Shown piece by piece: positions 20,261 to 30,551 of a stretch of 64,000 nucleotides of DNA (position 1 is the first letter of the stretch; every line of letters begins with the position of its first letter). Origin of the DNA: Ignavibacteriota bacterium. GTDB taxonomy: Bacteria > Bacteroidota > Ignavibacteria > UBA10030 > UBA6906. The stretch is taken from contig CAWEHG010000014.1 of assembly GCA_963808715.1 (NCBI GenBank), forward strand, positions 9,844 through 73,843. The letters are read 5' to 3'. Under the pieces are notes generated by a model. The model searched no databases. It saw only the letters and a list, made by a program, of their open reading frames with translations, and was not told the origin of the DNA. Position numbers and translations under genes: made by a program.

Positions 20261-20581
20261 TCAGCAACACTTCTTCACATCGGCGAGGAACTGGCCGAGC
20301 AGTTCGCGGGCCCCGGCCCAGGCTTTGGGGTCGACGCAGTAGCAGACCCGGGGCCCTTCGATCTCGCCTTTGATCAGTCCGACACGTTTCAGCTCCGCGA
20401 GGTGCTGCGAGACCGTGGCCTGCGACAGGGGGATGTGCTCGACGATGTCGCCGCACATGCAGGCCTCCTGCTTCGACAGGAACTCCAGGATCGCCACCCT
20501 TGCCGGATGTGCAAGTGCCTTGGCGATCTCCGCGATCTGGTTTTCGCGCGTGCTGAAGGATGTCTTCTTGGAAAGGCCCAT
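20261..20581 (-). CDS. arsR: ArsR/SmtB-family metalloregulator
   Basis: Intact 106 aa. HPARVAILEFL, metal site ACMCGD and HTH LSQATVSQHLAELK. Confidence 0.85.
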   Translation of the reverse strand: MGLSKKTSFSTRENQIAEIAKALAHPARVAILEFLSKQEACMCGDIVEHIPLSQATVSQHLAELKRVGLIKGEIEGPRVCYCVDPKAWAGARELLGQFLADVKKCC

Positions 20582-20588
20582 ATCTTTA

Positions 20589-20624
20589 TATCGTAATATA
20601 CCGATAACTGTTTCAGCTTGTCAA
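20589..20624 (-). promoter_or_regulatory. putative ars promoter (TTGACA-18-TATATT on the minus strand) with an imperfect palindrome over the -10
   Basis: Minus strand: -35 at 20624-20619 and -10 at 20600-20595. TATCGTAATATACCGATA (20589-20606) is 14/18 self-complementary. The ATG is 13 nt downstream of the -10. Confidence 0.4.
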
Positions 20625-20654
20625 GCTTGATTTTGACCTGCGAGGGGATATATT
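20621..20654 (+). promoter_or_regulatory. putative NO-reductase promoter (TTGATT-16-TATATT) overlapped by the perfect palindrome TCAAGCTTGA
   Basis: -35 at 20627-20632, -10 at 20649-20654, 10-bp palindrome at 20621-20630. It shares DNA with the ars -35. Confidence 0.35.
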
Positions 20655-20698
20655 CAGAGGAAATAGTCTCGAATAACAACTACACGAGGAAAAGGCCC

Positions 20699-22919
20699 AT
20701 GAAACGTTACTGGATCGGATTCATCGCGGTCATTGTCGTCGGGTTCGCCGTGCTCGGCTGGGCCGGCTACAGGATCTACCAGGAGAAACCCCCCATCCCC
20801 GACCTGGTGGTCACCAATGGCGGAAAGACCGTCATCGGCAGCGGAGAGATCCTCGCCGGACAGACCGTCTGGCAGGCGATGGGGGGAATGGAACTGGGTT
20901 CGGTCTGGGGGCACGGCAGCTACGTCGCCCCCGACTGGAGTGCGGACTGGCTGCACCGCGAGTGCGAGTTCATCCTCGACCGCTGGTCCATGCAGGAGAC
21001 CGGCGTGCCGTTCGCAGGCGCAAACCCGGAACGGCAGGCCGTGCTGAAGAGCCGGCTGGCATCGATGATGCGCGCGAACACCTACAGGCCGGAAGACGGC
21101 AGACTCGTGATCGATTCCGTCCGGGCCGCCGCGTTCGAAGCCAACCTCGCCTACTATTCAAAGATCTTCTCCGACGGGAATACCGCCTACTCCATCCCGC
21201 AGGGAGCTCAGAGCGACCCGGTCAAACTCCGCCAGCTGGGAGCCTTCTTCTTCTGGACCTCCTGGGCCGCCTCCACCAACCGCCCCAACGACGAGATCAC
21301 CTATACCAGCAACTGGCCACACGAGGAGCTCGTCGAGAATCGTCCTACCCCCGACGCAGTCGTCTGGACGGGCGTCAGCATCATTCTCCTCCTGGCCGGG
21401 ATCGCCGGGATGATCTTCTACCACGTCTCCCGTCCGGCGGAACCCACCTACGCCTCCGTGCCCGCCACCGATCCGCTCTTCAACGCCGAGCTGACACCGT
21501 CGCAGAAGGCGACACTGAAGTATTTCTTCGTCGTCTCCGGACTGATCCTCGTGCAGATCGTCGTCGGCATCATCACCGCCCACTACGGCGTGGAGGGGAA
21601 CGGGTTCTACGGCATCCCCCTGAGCCAGTGGCTCCCGTACGTGGTCACCCGCACCTGGCATGTGCAGCTCGGGATCTTCTGGATCGCCACGGCGTGGCTT
21701 GCGGCCGGGCTCTATATCGCCCCCGCGATCAGCGGACGAGAGATGCCATGGCAGCGTTTCGGCGTCAACTTCCTTTTCAGCGCACTCCTGCTGATCGTGG
21801 TCGGGTCCCTCGCCGGCGAGTGGATGAGCGTCCATCACAAGCTCACGGGAGCGGCCTCGTTCTACTTCGGCCATCAGGGATATGAGTACGTTGACCTCGG
21901 ACGAGTCTGGCAGATCGGTCTCATTGTGGGGCTACTCCTCTGGGTGTGGCTGATCGCACGGAACGTGCTTCCCGCCATCCGCCGCGGCGACGAGCACCGC
22001 TCGCTGCTCATCCTGTTCCTCATCTCCGCGGTCGCCATCGGAGGGTTCTACATGGCCGGACTGATGTGGGGCCGGCACACCAATCTGGCCGTCGCGGAGT
22101 ACTGGCGCTGGTGGGTGGTGCATCTCTGGGTGGAGGGGTTCTTCGAGGTCTTCGCCACCGTCGTGATCATCCTGCTCTTCGCAAAGCTGAAACTGATCCG
22201 CTCGTCCACGGCCGGCACGGCCGTCCTCCTCTCCTCCACGGTCTACCTGGCAGGGGGGATCATCGGCACCCTGCATCACCTCTACTTCAGCGGCACGCCG
22301 ACGCCGGTCCTCGCGCTCGGCGCCGTTTTCAGCGCCCTCGAGGTGGTCCCGCTCGTCCTTGCCGGCTACGAGGCCTGGGAGAACTTCAAGCTGTCGCGCG
22401 TGGCCGACTGGGCGGCCCGGTACAAGTGGCCGGTCTACTTCTTCCTGTCCGTGGCTTTCTGGAATGCCGTCGGGGCGGGGCTGTTCGGCTTCATGATCAA
22501 TCCCCCGATCGCCCTCTATTATATGCAGGGACTGAACACCACCCCCGTCCACGGACACGCCGCGCTCTTCGGCGTCTACGGGATGCTGGGGATCGGCCTG
22601 ATGCTCTTCTGCCTGCAGGATCATGTGGGTGAAGAACGACTGGAAGGAAGGGCTGGTCAAGGCAGGGTTCTGGGGGATGAACGTCGGGCTGTTGCTGATG
22701 GTGGTCGGCAGCCTGTTGCCCGTCGGGTTGATGCAGACCTGGGCATCGGTGAAGACCGGCTACTGGTACGCGCGCAGCGCGGAGTTCCTCGCAACGCCCG
22801 TGGTCCAGGCCTTCAAGTGGGGCCGCGTCTTCGGCGACACGATCTTCGCCCTCGGCGCGGTCGCTCTGGTCCTCTTTGTCTTCGGGCTCGCGATCGGGTA
22901 TTCCCGGAAGCGGCAGTAA
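20699..22919 (+). CDS. quinol-dependent nitric oxide reductase (qNOR, NorB/NorZ type); one frame break
   Basis: ATG at 20699. N-terminal extension without CxxCH (GSVWGHGSYVAPDWSADWLH), then a heme-copper-oxidase-like 12-TM core. The C-terminus continues in track ORF 22623-22919 after a shift near 22615. Confidence 0.85.
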
Positions 22920-23032
22920 CCGGTGCAGCAAGCCCCGGCCTGCTACGTCACGGGCGCGCGTGCCCCCACACGTGTCACCCTGTTGCGTGGCAGGCCAGGC
23001 TTCTGCGGCGCCTCACCCCATCCGTGAGGCCT

Positions 23033-25888
23033 TCAGGAGTCGGCGAGCACCTTCGCGACAACCACCGTGACGTCGTCATGCAGCTGCCCGCCACCCGTCA
23101 CCTCCTTGACGGCGGCGACGATCCTCTGCACCATCTCCCGGGCAGGCAGTTCCGGCGGGAGCGCGCGAACGAACCGGCGGAGACCGTCATCATCAAAGAA
23201 CGTCCCGTCTTCCCTTCGCGCATCCGTCACCCCATCGCTAGTGAACACCAGATATGTCCCCCGGCTGAAGGTCCACCGAGCAGTCCTGATACTCCACCCT
23301 CTCGCGGACGCCGAGAGGCAACCGCTCACCTCTCCCGGTCAGCGACGTCAGCTCTCCCCGGCGCAGCCGGATCGGCAGCGACTGGCCCGCATTGGCAAAG
23401 ACCATGCTCCTGGGCTGATTCTCGAAACTGGCCACCAGCATCGCTACGAACAGGCGTTTGTCGGTCTTCGCGTGCAGCGTCGTGTTGATATGACGTAGCA
23501 TGGCCGCCGGGCTCGCAGCGATCTCCCGCTCGCGATGCAGCATGCCGATCGCCATCACGGCCGTCATCGCGGCGTTCATCCCCTTCCCCGAAACGTCGCC
23601 GAGCGCGAGCGACAGGCGCGGGTCACCTGCCTCCCCCGGCAGATATTCGAAGAAGTCCCCTCCGACCTCCCGCGCGGGGAAACACGCACCGGAGATCTCC
23701 AGACCGTCAAGGACCGGATCGGCGGCCGGGAGCAATCCCAGCTGCACCGATCGCGCCGCCTGCAGTTCGCCCAGAATGCGCGCCTTTTCGACGTCCGCCG
23801 CGAGACGACGCCGGTACAGGACGTAGCCCACGACCAGCGTCGCACAGCCCGACAGAAGGATGAACCAGGTGCTTCGCCAGAAAGGCGGAACGACGACGAT
23901 TCGTTGAACGGTAAGGGCATACCTGAGGGCATGCCCTTGCCGTTCCGGGCCGATCGTTCCCCTCACCGTTACCGATCCACCCCCCCCCTTCTCCCCCGCC
24001 TGTCGCCGAGGACACCGTAGATCACATTGTTCGGCAACCCCTCGCGTGTTGTGTAGCGCGTCGCACGCCCGGTGGCGACCTCCAGCCTGTTCAGCCCGCC
24101 TCCGAAGGTCCCGACCCAGAGGATCTTGCCGCTGTCCGCGGGAAAGTCGAAAAGGGAGAGGATGTTGCTGTTGCTCAGGCTCGCCTGATCCCGCGGATCG
24201 TGACGGTAGTGGACGAATTTCCGTGTCACGGGGTCGAACCGGTCGAGACCGGCGTATGTCCCCACCCAGATGACCCCGGACCGGTCCCTGCGGATCGTCC
24301 TGATCAGATCATCGCTTATCGAGCCGGGATCCCGCGGATCGTTCCTGAACTGCACCACCGATCGATCGCGCGGCCGGAAGACCGCGAGGCCACGCCTGAA
24401 CAATCCCATCCAGAGGTTTCCCGATGCATCCGACTCCAGCACCCGTACACGTCGCGAAGAGAGCGTGTCCGGATCGGGAGAAGCGAACTCGACCTTCGTG
24501 AGGCGCAACGTCTCCACGTCCACGACGTACAGGCCCGTCCGTGCGCCCACCCAGATCGCGTTCCCCGACGGATCCTCGCAGAGGGCATCCACACTGGCGG
24601 AGACCGGGAGATGGCGGAACTGCCTGGAAACGGGGTCAAAGAGATCCAGGGCCTGTGCCGACGTTCCGATCCAGAGTTTCCCACGCCGGTCTTCCAGAAG
24701 CGCGTGGATCCAGTTGGAACTGACCCCGAAGGTGCTATCCATCCGGACGCCATAACTCGTGAACTTCCTCCTGCGCGAATTCCACGTGCTCACCCCTCCG
24801 AGGTTCGCTCCCCACCCAGAGCGTCCCGGAGGCATCCTCGTAGATGGACCGGACGGAATTGTCGGAAAGAGAACCCGGGTCGGAAGGGACACTGAGGAAC
24901 CGCTCGAACGTACCGGTCGCCCGGTTCAGACGGTTCAACCCGCCGCCGTCCGTCCCCACCCAGAGCCAGCCGGCACGATCCTCATAGATGGACCAGACCG
25001 ACTTCTCCGCAAGGCCGGTCGGGTTCTCGGGATCGTGTTGATACCGGACGAATCTGGGCCGGAGCACTTTTGGCTTCCCCCTCACGATCACGCCTGCCCC
25101 CGGGCCGAGTGTGTCCCACCCGACGAACCTGTTCAACCCGTCTACCGTCCCGACCCACACGCTGCCGGATCGATCGCGGGCCAGGGTGTTAACGTAGTCG
25201 TGACTCAGGCCGTTCGGATCCCCGGGGATCGAACGGATCCTCCTGAAGGTTCCGCTCTCACGGTCGAAGAGACTGATCCCTTCAGGCGTACCGATCCACA
25301 GGGTTCCCTCCCGGTCTTCGATGATCGGGAAGACATGGCTACTGCCAAGCGTGGTGGAATCGCCGGGGTCGTGCCGGAAGCGTCGGAAACGCCCGGTGGC
25401 TGGATCGAACGCGTTGAGCCCGGCGATGGTTGTCCCGACCCAGATCGTTCCCCGGCTGTCCTCGAAAAGGGAGTTCACCCGGTCGTCGCTCAGGCTGAGA
25501 CTGTCTCCCGGATCCGACCGATACCGGCGGAACGTCCCGGATCCACGATCGAAGAGATTCAGCCCGCCGCCGATCGTTCCGATCCAGAGCCTTCCGCCCG
25601 GTCTTCGAGAAGGGCGATGACCCGGTTGTCGGAGATCGATGAGGAATCACTGACGTCGTGGAAGTAGTGGGTGAAGGTGTAGCCGTCAAAAACATTGAGG
25701 CCGTCTGCAGTCCCGAACCACATGAAGCCGTTCCGATCCTGGAGGATCGAGAACACGGTTCCCTGGGAGAGCCCTTCAGGGATCGACAGGTGGTCGAAGA
25801 TCATCCTGCGGTTCTGGGAGCTGGCGAGGGCGGCCGGGAGGAACAGCACCACCACGGCCGTCGTTCGAAGTTTGCGCAGAAGAAGCAT
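23033..25888 (-). CDS. sensor protein: signal peptide, Reg_prop-type beta-propeller repeats, TM, SpoIIE/PP2C phosphatase (frame-disrupted, >=4 shifts)
   Basis: ATG at 25888 (MLLLRKLRTTAVVVLFLPAALA). Repeated G.LW(I/V)GT..GL..FD blades. TM segment WFILLSGCATLVVGYVLY. GDVSGKGMNAAM and LVFTSDGVTDA. Breaks near 25590, 24800, the C9 run 23980-23988 and 23260. Confidence 0.75.
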
Positions 25889-25997
25889 CGAAAATGCTCC
25901 CATCGATCCGGGTGTCAGAGAACGGCGCAGCGACCCCTGGCGGTGGTCAGGAGGGGTCTCCATCCATATATATGAATTTCCGACAAATTTGCACGGA

Positions 25998-27449
25998 AAC
26001 CCGTTTCGTTTCAACTCCTCGAGCGCCTTCCTGCCCCCCTCGTTCTTCGGGTTCAGCTCGATCGACTTCTCGTAGTTCTTGATCGCCGGCTCGATCTGCC
26101 CGTCGGCCGCGAGCACCTCACCCAGAGAATCGTAAACGTTCCACGATTTCGGAAACTCCCTCACGTTCAGCCGCAGGACCTCGATCGCCCCGCGGAGGTC
26201 TCCAGCGTGCATCAGCTGGTACCCAAGGTCGTTCACCTCCGCCTCCCGCAGTTCGTACCGTTCCTTGTCCCCCTTCATCCGCTCAAATGCGGCAAGCCCC
26301 TTCTCCAGCCCCTCCTTCCCGATCGTCCGCTCCATCTCGCGCGCTACCGAACGGCGCGGCTCCGCGTATGGCTTGTCGTACAGGATCCCCAGGACCCCGG
26401 TGACCATCTCCTGCAGCGGGGCTCCCCCCGTGTTGTTGAGGAACACGATCAGTTGCCGCTTCGCGGGCACCCGCACGATGACCGTGTTGAAGCCGTTGAT
26501 ACCGCCGCCGTGCGAGATCGTCCAGACGCTATCGGGTCCTTTGCCCGCTGCCATGTTCCGAACGACCCACCCGAACGCATAGCTTGAAAGTCCCGGGCGG
26601 TAGTACTCCGCCTTGCTCTTTTCCGAGATCAGCTTTTCCGTGTACAGGACCTGGTCCCAGAGCAGCAGGTCCTCCACCGTCGAGTACATCGCCCCCGCGG
26701 CATAGGGGATCGACATGTCGAGGTACTCAGCGTTCTGCACTCCCCCGGATCGTTCGTACCCTGCCGCCCGCTTCTTGAGGATCGGCGCGGCGTGGTCGTA
26801 CCCGGTGTTCTTCATCCCCAGCGGATCGAGGATCTCCTCATGCAACAACCGCTCGTAGGGACGGCCCGTCACCTTCTCGAGGATCACCCCGAGAAGGAAG
26901 TACCCGGAGTTGTTGTATTTGAATTTCGCCCCGGGCTCGAATTCCAGCGGTAGACCCGAGAACACCCTCATCAGCGAGTCCTTCGTCCAGGGAACGCGTG
27001 CGTCTCGCGGCTCGCGGGGGTTGCGAATTTCCGTGTAGCTCGGGATCCCCGAGGTATGATTGAGCAGCTGCCGGACCGTGACCTTTTCTCCCTGCGCTTT
27101 CGGGTAGTCCGGGAGGTACTTTGAAATGGCATCGTCCAGCACGATCTTCCCCTGTTCCACCTGGCGCATGACGAGCATGGAGGTGAACTGTTTGGTGATC
27201 GACCCCAGTCGGAACTTCGTGTCGGGGGTGCAGGGGATCTCCCACTCGAAGTTCGCGTACCCGTACCCCTTTTTCAGGAGCACCTCGCCCCCTTCGGCCA
27301 CCAGGATCGAGCCGTTGAACCGTTCATTGTCGAGGTATTTCGAGATCAGGGCGTCGATCTTCTCGATCCTGGTCTGCGCCATCAGCGCCGTGGACCACAC
27401 CACCAGGATCATCAGGCCCGCCGTCAATCGTTCTGAGGAACATACGCAT
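25998..27449 (-). CDS. beta-lactamase-family serine hydrolase with C-terminal TPR-like repeats
   Basis: SITK (S-x-x-K) and YNNSGY (Y-x-N). The best start, ATG at 27449 (MRMFLRTI), is one frame off the signal-like TAGLMILVVWSTALMAQ. There is no in-frame stop before the next gene, so the 3' end is approximate. Confidence 0.75.
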
Positions 27450-27623
27450 GGATCGTTCTCCGTTATTGTGTGTCTGCCAAAATATGCCCTTTCCACGAGA
27501 TCTTCAAGGAATGTCGAACACGAAGTGGGCGATCCGACACCCGGTTCTCCCCTTAGACGTTTCCAATTCGTATATTGTTTCCCGCAACCCCGACACACCT
27601 TTCACAGCCGCAGATACCACAGC

Positions 27624-28544
27624 ATGCACACGATACTTGGAGCCGGAGGAGTGATCGGCACCCTGCTCCTCCCAGAACTCGCCGCACAGGGAACCCCGGT
27701 CCGTCTGGTCAGCCGCCGCGCAACGCTGACCGGAGGCGCCAAAGAGGCCGTGCAGGCCGACCTTTCGAACCGCCAGGCGGTCATCGACGCTGTTGCCGGT
27801 TCTGACGTGGTCTACCTGCTGGCGGGACTGAAATACGAGCTCCGCTCCTGGCAGGAACTCTGGCCCAGGATCATGGCCAATGCCATCGAGGCCTGCCAGA
27901 GGGCGAACGCGAAGCTGGTCTTTTTCGATAACGTCTACATGTATGGAAGGGTGGACGGTCCCATGACCGAAAACACCCCGTTCAACCCCTGCAGCAGGAA
28001 AGGAGAGGTGCGCGCAAAGATCGCGCAAACCCTTCTCGACGAGATCAAGGCCGGCGGGATCACCGCCATGATCGCGCGTGCCGCGGACTTCTACGGCCCG
28101 AACGCGCGCACAGGCGTCGCCAACATCCTCGTCTTCGACAAGTTCGCAAAGGGGGGCAAAGCCTCGGTGATGATCACCGATGCCCTGCCGCACTCCTACA
28201 CCTATACGCCCGACGCCGCGAAGGCTCTCGTGACCTTGACCGGAGCCAGAGACTCGTGGAACACCACCTGGCACCTCCCGACGGCGCCGGAGCCCCCCAC
28301 CGGGAAACAGTTCGTCGAGATGGCAGCCCGGGCGTTCGACGTCCCCCCGAGGTATTCCGTCCTCCGGCCGTGGATGCTGCGGATGGCGGGGCTCTTCGAC
28401 TCGACCGTGCGTGAGCTCCCCGAAATGCTCTATCAGAACAGCTCCCCGTACCACTTCGACTCGACGAAGTTCCGCAAGGCCTTCGGGGTCGACGCGACGT
28501 CGTATGCGCGGGGTGTCGAACAGACCGCCGCATCGTACCGGTAG
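27624..28544 (+). CDS. NAD-dependent epimerase/dehydratase-family (atypical SDR) protein
   Basis: ATG at 27624. Rossmann motif ILGAGGVIG. Intact about 306 aa. Confidence 0.7.
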   Translation: MHTILGAGGVIGTLLLPELAAQGTPVRLVSRRATLTGGAKEAVQADLSNRQAVIDAVAGSDVVYLLAGLKYELRSWQELWPRIMANAIEACQRANAKLVFFDNVYMYGRVDGPMTENTPFNPCSRKGEVRAKIAQTLLDEIKAGGITAMIARAADFYGPNARTGVANILVFDKFAKGGKASVMITDALPHSYTYTPDAAKALVTLTGARDSWNTTWHLPTAPEPPTGKQFVEMAARAFDVPPRYSVLRPWMLRMAGLFDSTVRELPEMLYQNSSPYHFDSTKFRKAFGVDATSYARGVEQTAASYR

Positions 28545-28592
28545 GGAAGACCCGTGGCGACCACATCGATCGTATCACCGGGAGGGTTCTTG

Positions 28593-30551
28593 ATGAAACA
28601 GTTCGCCCTTATCCTGTTGCTCGCCACCGCCGGCGTCAGCGCGCAGACCGTGGACTCTCCGAACGGGTCCCTGCGTTTCAGCCTCTCCGTCGGGTCCGCG
28701 GCGACCGGTCCTGGCGGGCTTTCGTATGCCGTCACCTACCGCGAAAGACCGGTGGTCCTCCCTTCCCGCCTTGGGATCGTGACGGTGGATCTTCCCCACT
28801 GGACCTCGGGCTTCGCACTTGCGGGACATTCCCGGCGGTCGGTCGACGAGACCTGGAAGCCGGTCTACGGCGAACGAAGTTCTTGCCGGAACCGCTACAA
28901 CGAGCTGACCGTCGACCTGATCCAGAACCGCGACACCGCCCGCACGCTGCAGATCATCGTCCGTGCCTACGACGAAGGGGTCGCGTTCTGCTACAGGTTT
29001 CCCGAACGGCTTTCCACCTCGGTCCTCCACATTCAGAACGAGCTGACCGAGTTCGCCTTCGAAGAGGGGACGATCGCCTACGTCACCCCGTTCGCGCAGG
29101 AGCTTTACCACGCGCGGCCCCTCAGGGACTGGAGCTACGACAGCCTCCCTTCCCCGCTCTATGCCGCGAAGACCCCCGGATACGAGAGCGAGCGGCCCCT
29201 GACGCTGAAACTTCCCCGGGGCCTCTATGCGGCGATCGGCGAGGCGCGGCTGGTCGACCACGCGCGAATGAAGTTCATCCTGTCGCCCGACCGCAAGAAC
29301 ACGATCGCCACAACGCAATTCGGGCCGGTCACCGAATCCTCGCCGTACACCACTCCATGGCGCTTCATCATGGTCGCGGAGACACCCGGAAGACTCATCG
29401 AGCAGAATGACCTTCTTCTCAACCTGAATCCCCCCTGTGAGATCGCCGATACTCGCTGGATAAAGCCGGGGAAGGTGATGCGGGAGGTCACCCTCTCCAC
29501 CACCGGCGCGAAGGAGGTCGTGGACTTCTGCGCGAAGCACAACATCCAGTACATCGAGTTCGACGCCGGGTGGTACGGATACGAATACTCCAAGAGCTCC
29601 GACGCATCGAAGGTGGACGTGGACCCGCGCCGGAACCCGAAGAAGGACCTCGACCTGCAGGCCGCGATCTCGTATGCACGGTCGAAGAACGTCGGGGTGA
29701 TCCTCTACGTGAACCACCGGGCCCTCGAGCGGCAGATCGACGAGATCCTTCCCCTGTACAGGTCGTGGGGAGTGGCCGGACTGAAATACGGGTTCGTGCA
29801 TGTCGGGTCGCAGCACTGGACCAGCTGGCTCCACGAAGCGGTACGGAAGGCCGCCCGGTACGAGCTGATGGTGGACGTGCACGACGAATACCGCCCGACC
29901 GGTTTCAGCCGTACGTACCCGAACCTGATGACCCAGGAGGGGGTTCACGGGAACGAGTGCATGCCCGATGCCAACCACAATACCGTCCTCCCGTTCACCC
30001 GCTTCCTTGCCGGCGCCGCGGACTACACGATCTGCTACTACCACCAGACCGGCATCAAGAACATCACGCGGGGGATCAAGACGACCTCCGCCCATCAGCT
30101 TGCCCTCTCGGTCATCTACTACAGCCCCCTGCAGTTCGTCTTCTGGTACGACAAGCCTTCGGACTATCAGGGTGAGCCGGAGGTGGAATTCTTCGACCAC
30201 CTCCCGACCGTCTGGGATACCACCTGCGTCGTGCTGGGGGAGATCGGACAGTACGTCGCCACGGCCAGGCGGAGCGGGAACAGCTGGTTCCTGGGGGCCA
30301 TCACCAACAACGATCCAAGGACCCTGAACCTTCCCCTCGACTTCCTCGGGAATGGATCAGCATACGTCGCCACGCTGTATTCGGACGGCGGCAAGGCGGT
30401 TAGCACGCGAACGCACGTCGGCATCGAACGAGTACTTGTCAACTCGCAAACCGTCATCAAGGCCGGCCTACAACCCTCCGGCGGTTTGGCGATGGAGATC
30501 CGGCCGGCCGACGAGTCCGACCTGCGGTCATATCGGAGATATTCACCATGA
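28593..30551 (+). CDS. glycoside hydrolase family 97 (alpha-glucosidase/alpha-galactosidase type)
   Basis: GGAGGG then ATG at 28593 and signal peptide MKQFALILLLATAGVSAQ. SPNGSLRFSL...YAVTY...LPSRLG N-domain and IEFDAGWYG core, as I recall for GH97. Intact. Confidence 0.8.
   Translation: MKQFALILLLATAGVSAQTVDSPNGSLRFSLSVGSAATGPGGLSYAVTYRERPVVLPSRLGIVTVDLPHWTSGFALAGHSRRSVDETWKPVYGERSSCRNRYNELTVDLIQNRDTARTLQIIVRAYDEGVAFCYRFPERLSTSVLHIQNELTEFAFEEGTIAYVTPFAQELYHARPLRDWSYDSLPSPLYAAKTPGYESERPLTLKLPRGLYAAIGEARLVDHARMKFILSPDRKNTIATTQFGPVTESSPYTTPWRFIMVAETPGRLIEQNDLLLNLNPPCEIADTRWIKPGKVMREVTLSTTGAKEVVDFCAKHNIQYIEFDAGWYGYEYSKSSDASKVDVDPRRNPKKDLDLQAAISYARSKNVGVILYVNHRALERQIDEILPLYRSWGVAGLKYGFVHVGSQHWTSWLHEAVRKAARYELMVDVHDEYRPTGFSRTYPNLMTQEGVHGNECMPDANHNTVLPFTRFLAGAADYTICYYHQTGIKNITRGIKTTSAHQLALSVIYYSPLQFVFWYDKPSDYQGEPEVEFFDHLPTVWDTTCVVLGEIGQYVATARRSGNSWFLGAITNNDPRTLNLPLDFLGNGSAYVATLYSDGGKAVSTRTHVGIERVLVNSQTVIKAGLQPSGGLAMEIRPADESDLRSYRRYSP

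Noticed and set aside
20618-23488. 956-aa ORF suggesting a NO reductase with a 190-aa C-terminal extension.
   Set aside because: After about 22615 the translation becomes Arg/Gly-rich nonsense. The genuine qNOR C-terminus (WKEGLVKAGFWGMNVGLLLMV...) lies in the adjacent frame and ends at 22919.
28575-30200. 541-aa ORF antisense to the GH97 gene. Similar long antisense ORFs occur at 59511-60812, 61020-62027, 57488-58954, 41045-42502, 38688-39908, 62133-63326, 19054-20373, 12589-13668 and 2301-3266.
   Set aside because: They are Arg/Gly/Pro-rich, low-complexity translations typical of stop-poor antisense frames in high-GC DNA. In every case the opposite strand encodes a clearly family-like protein.
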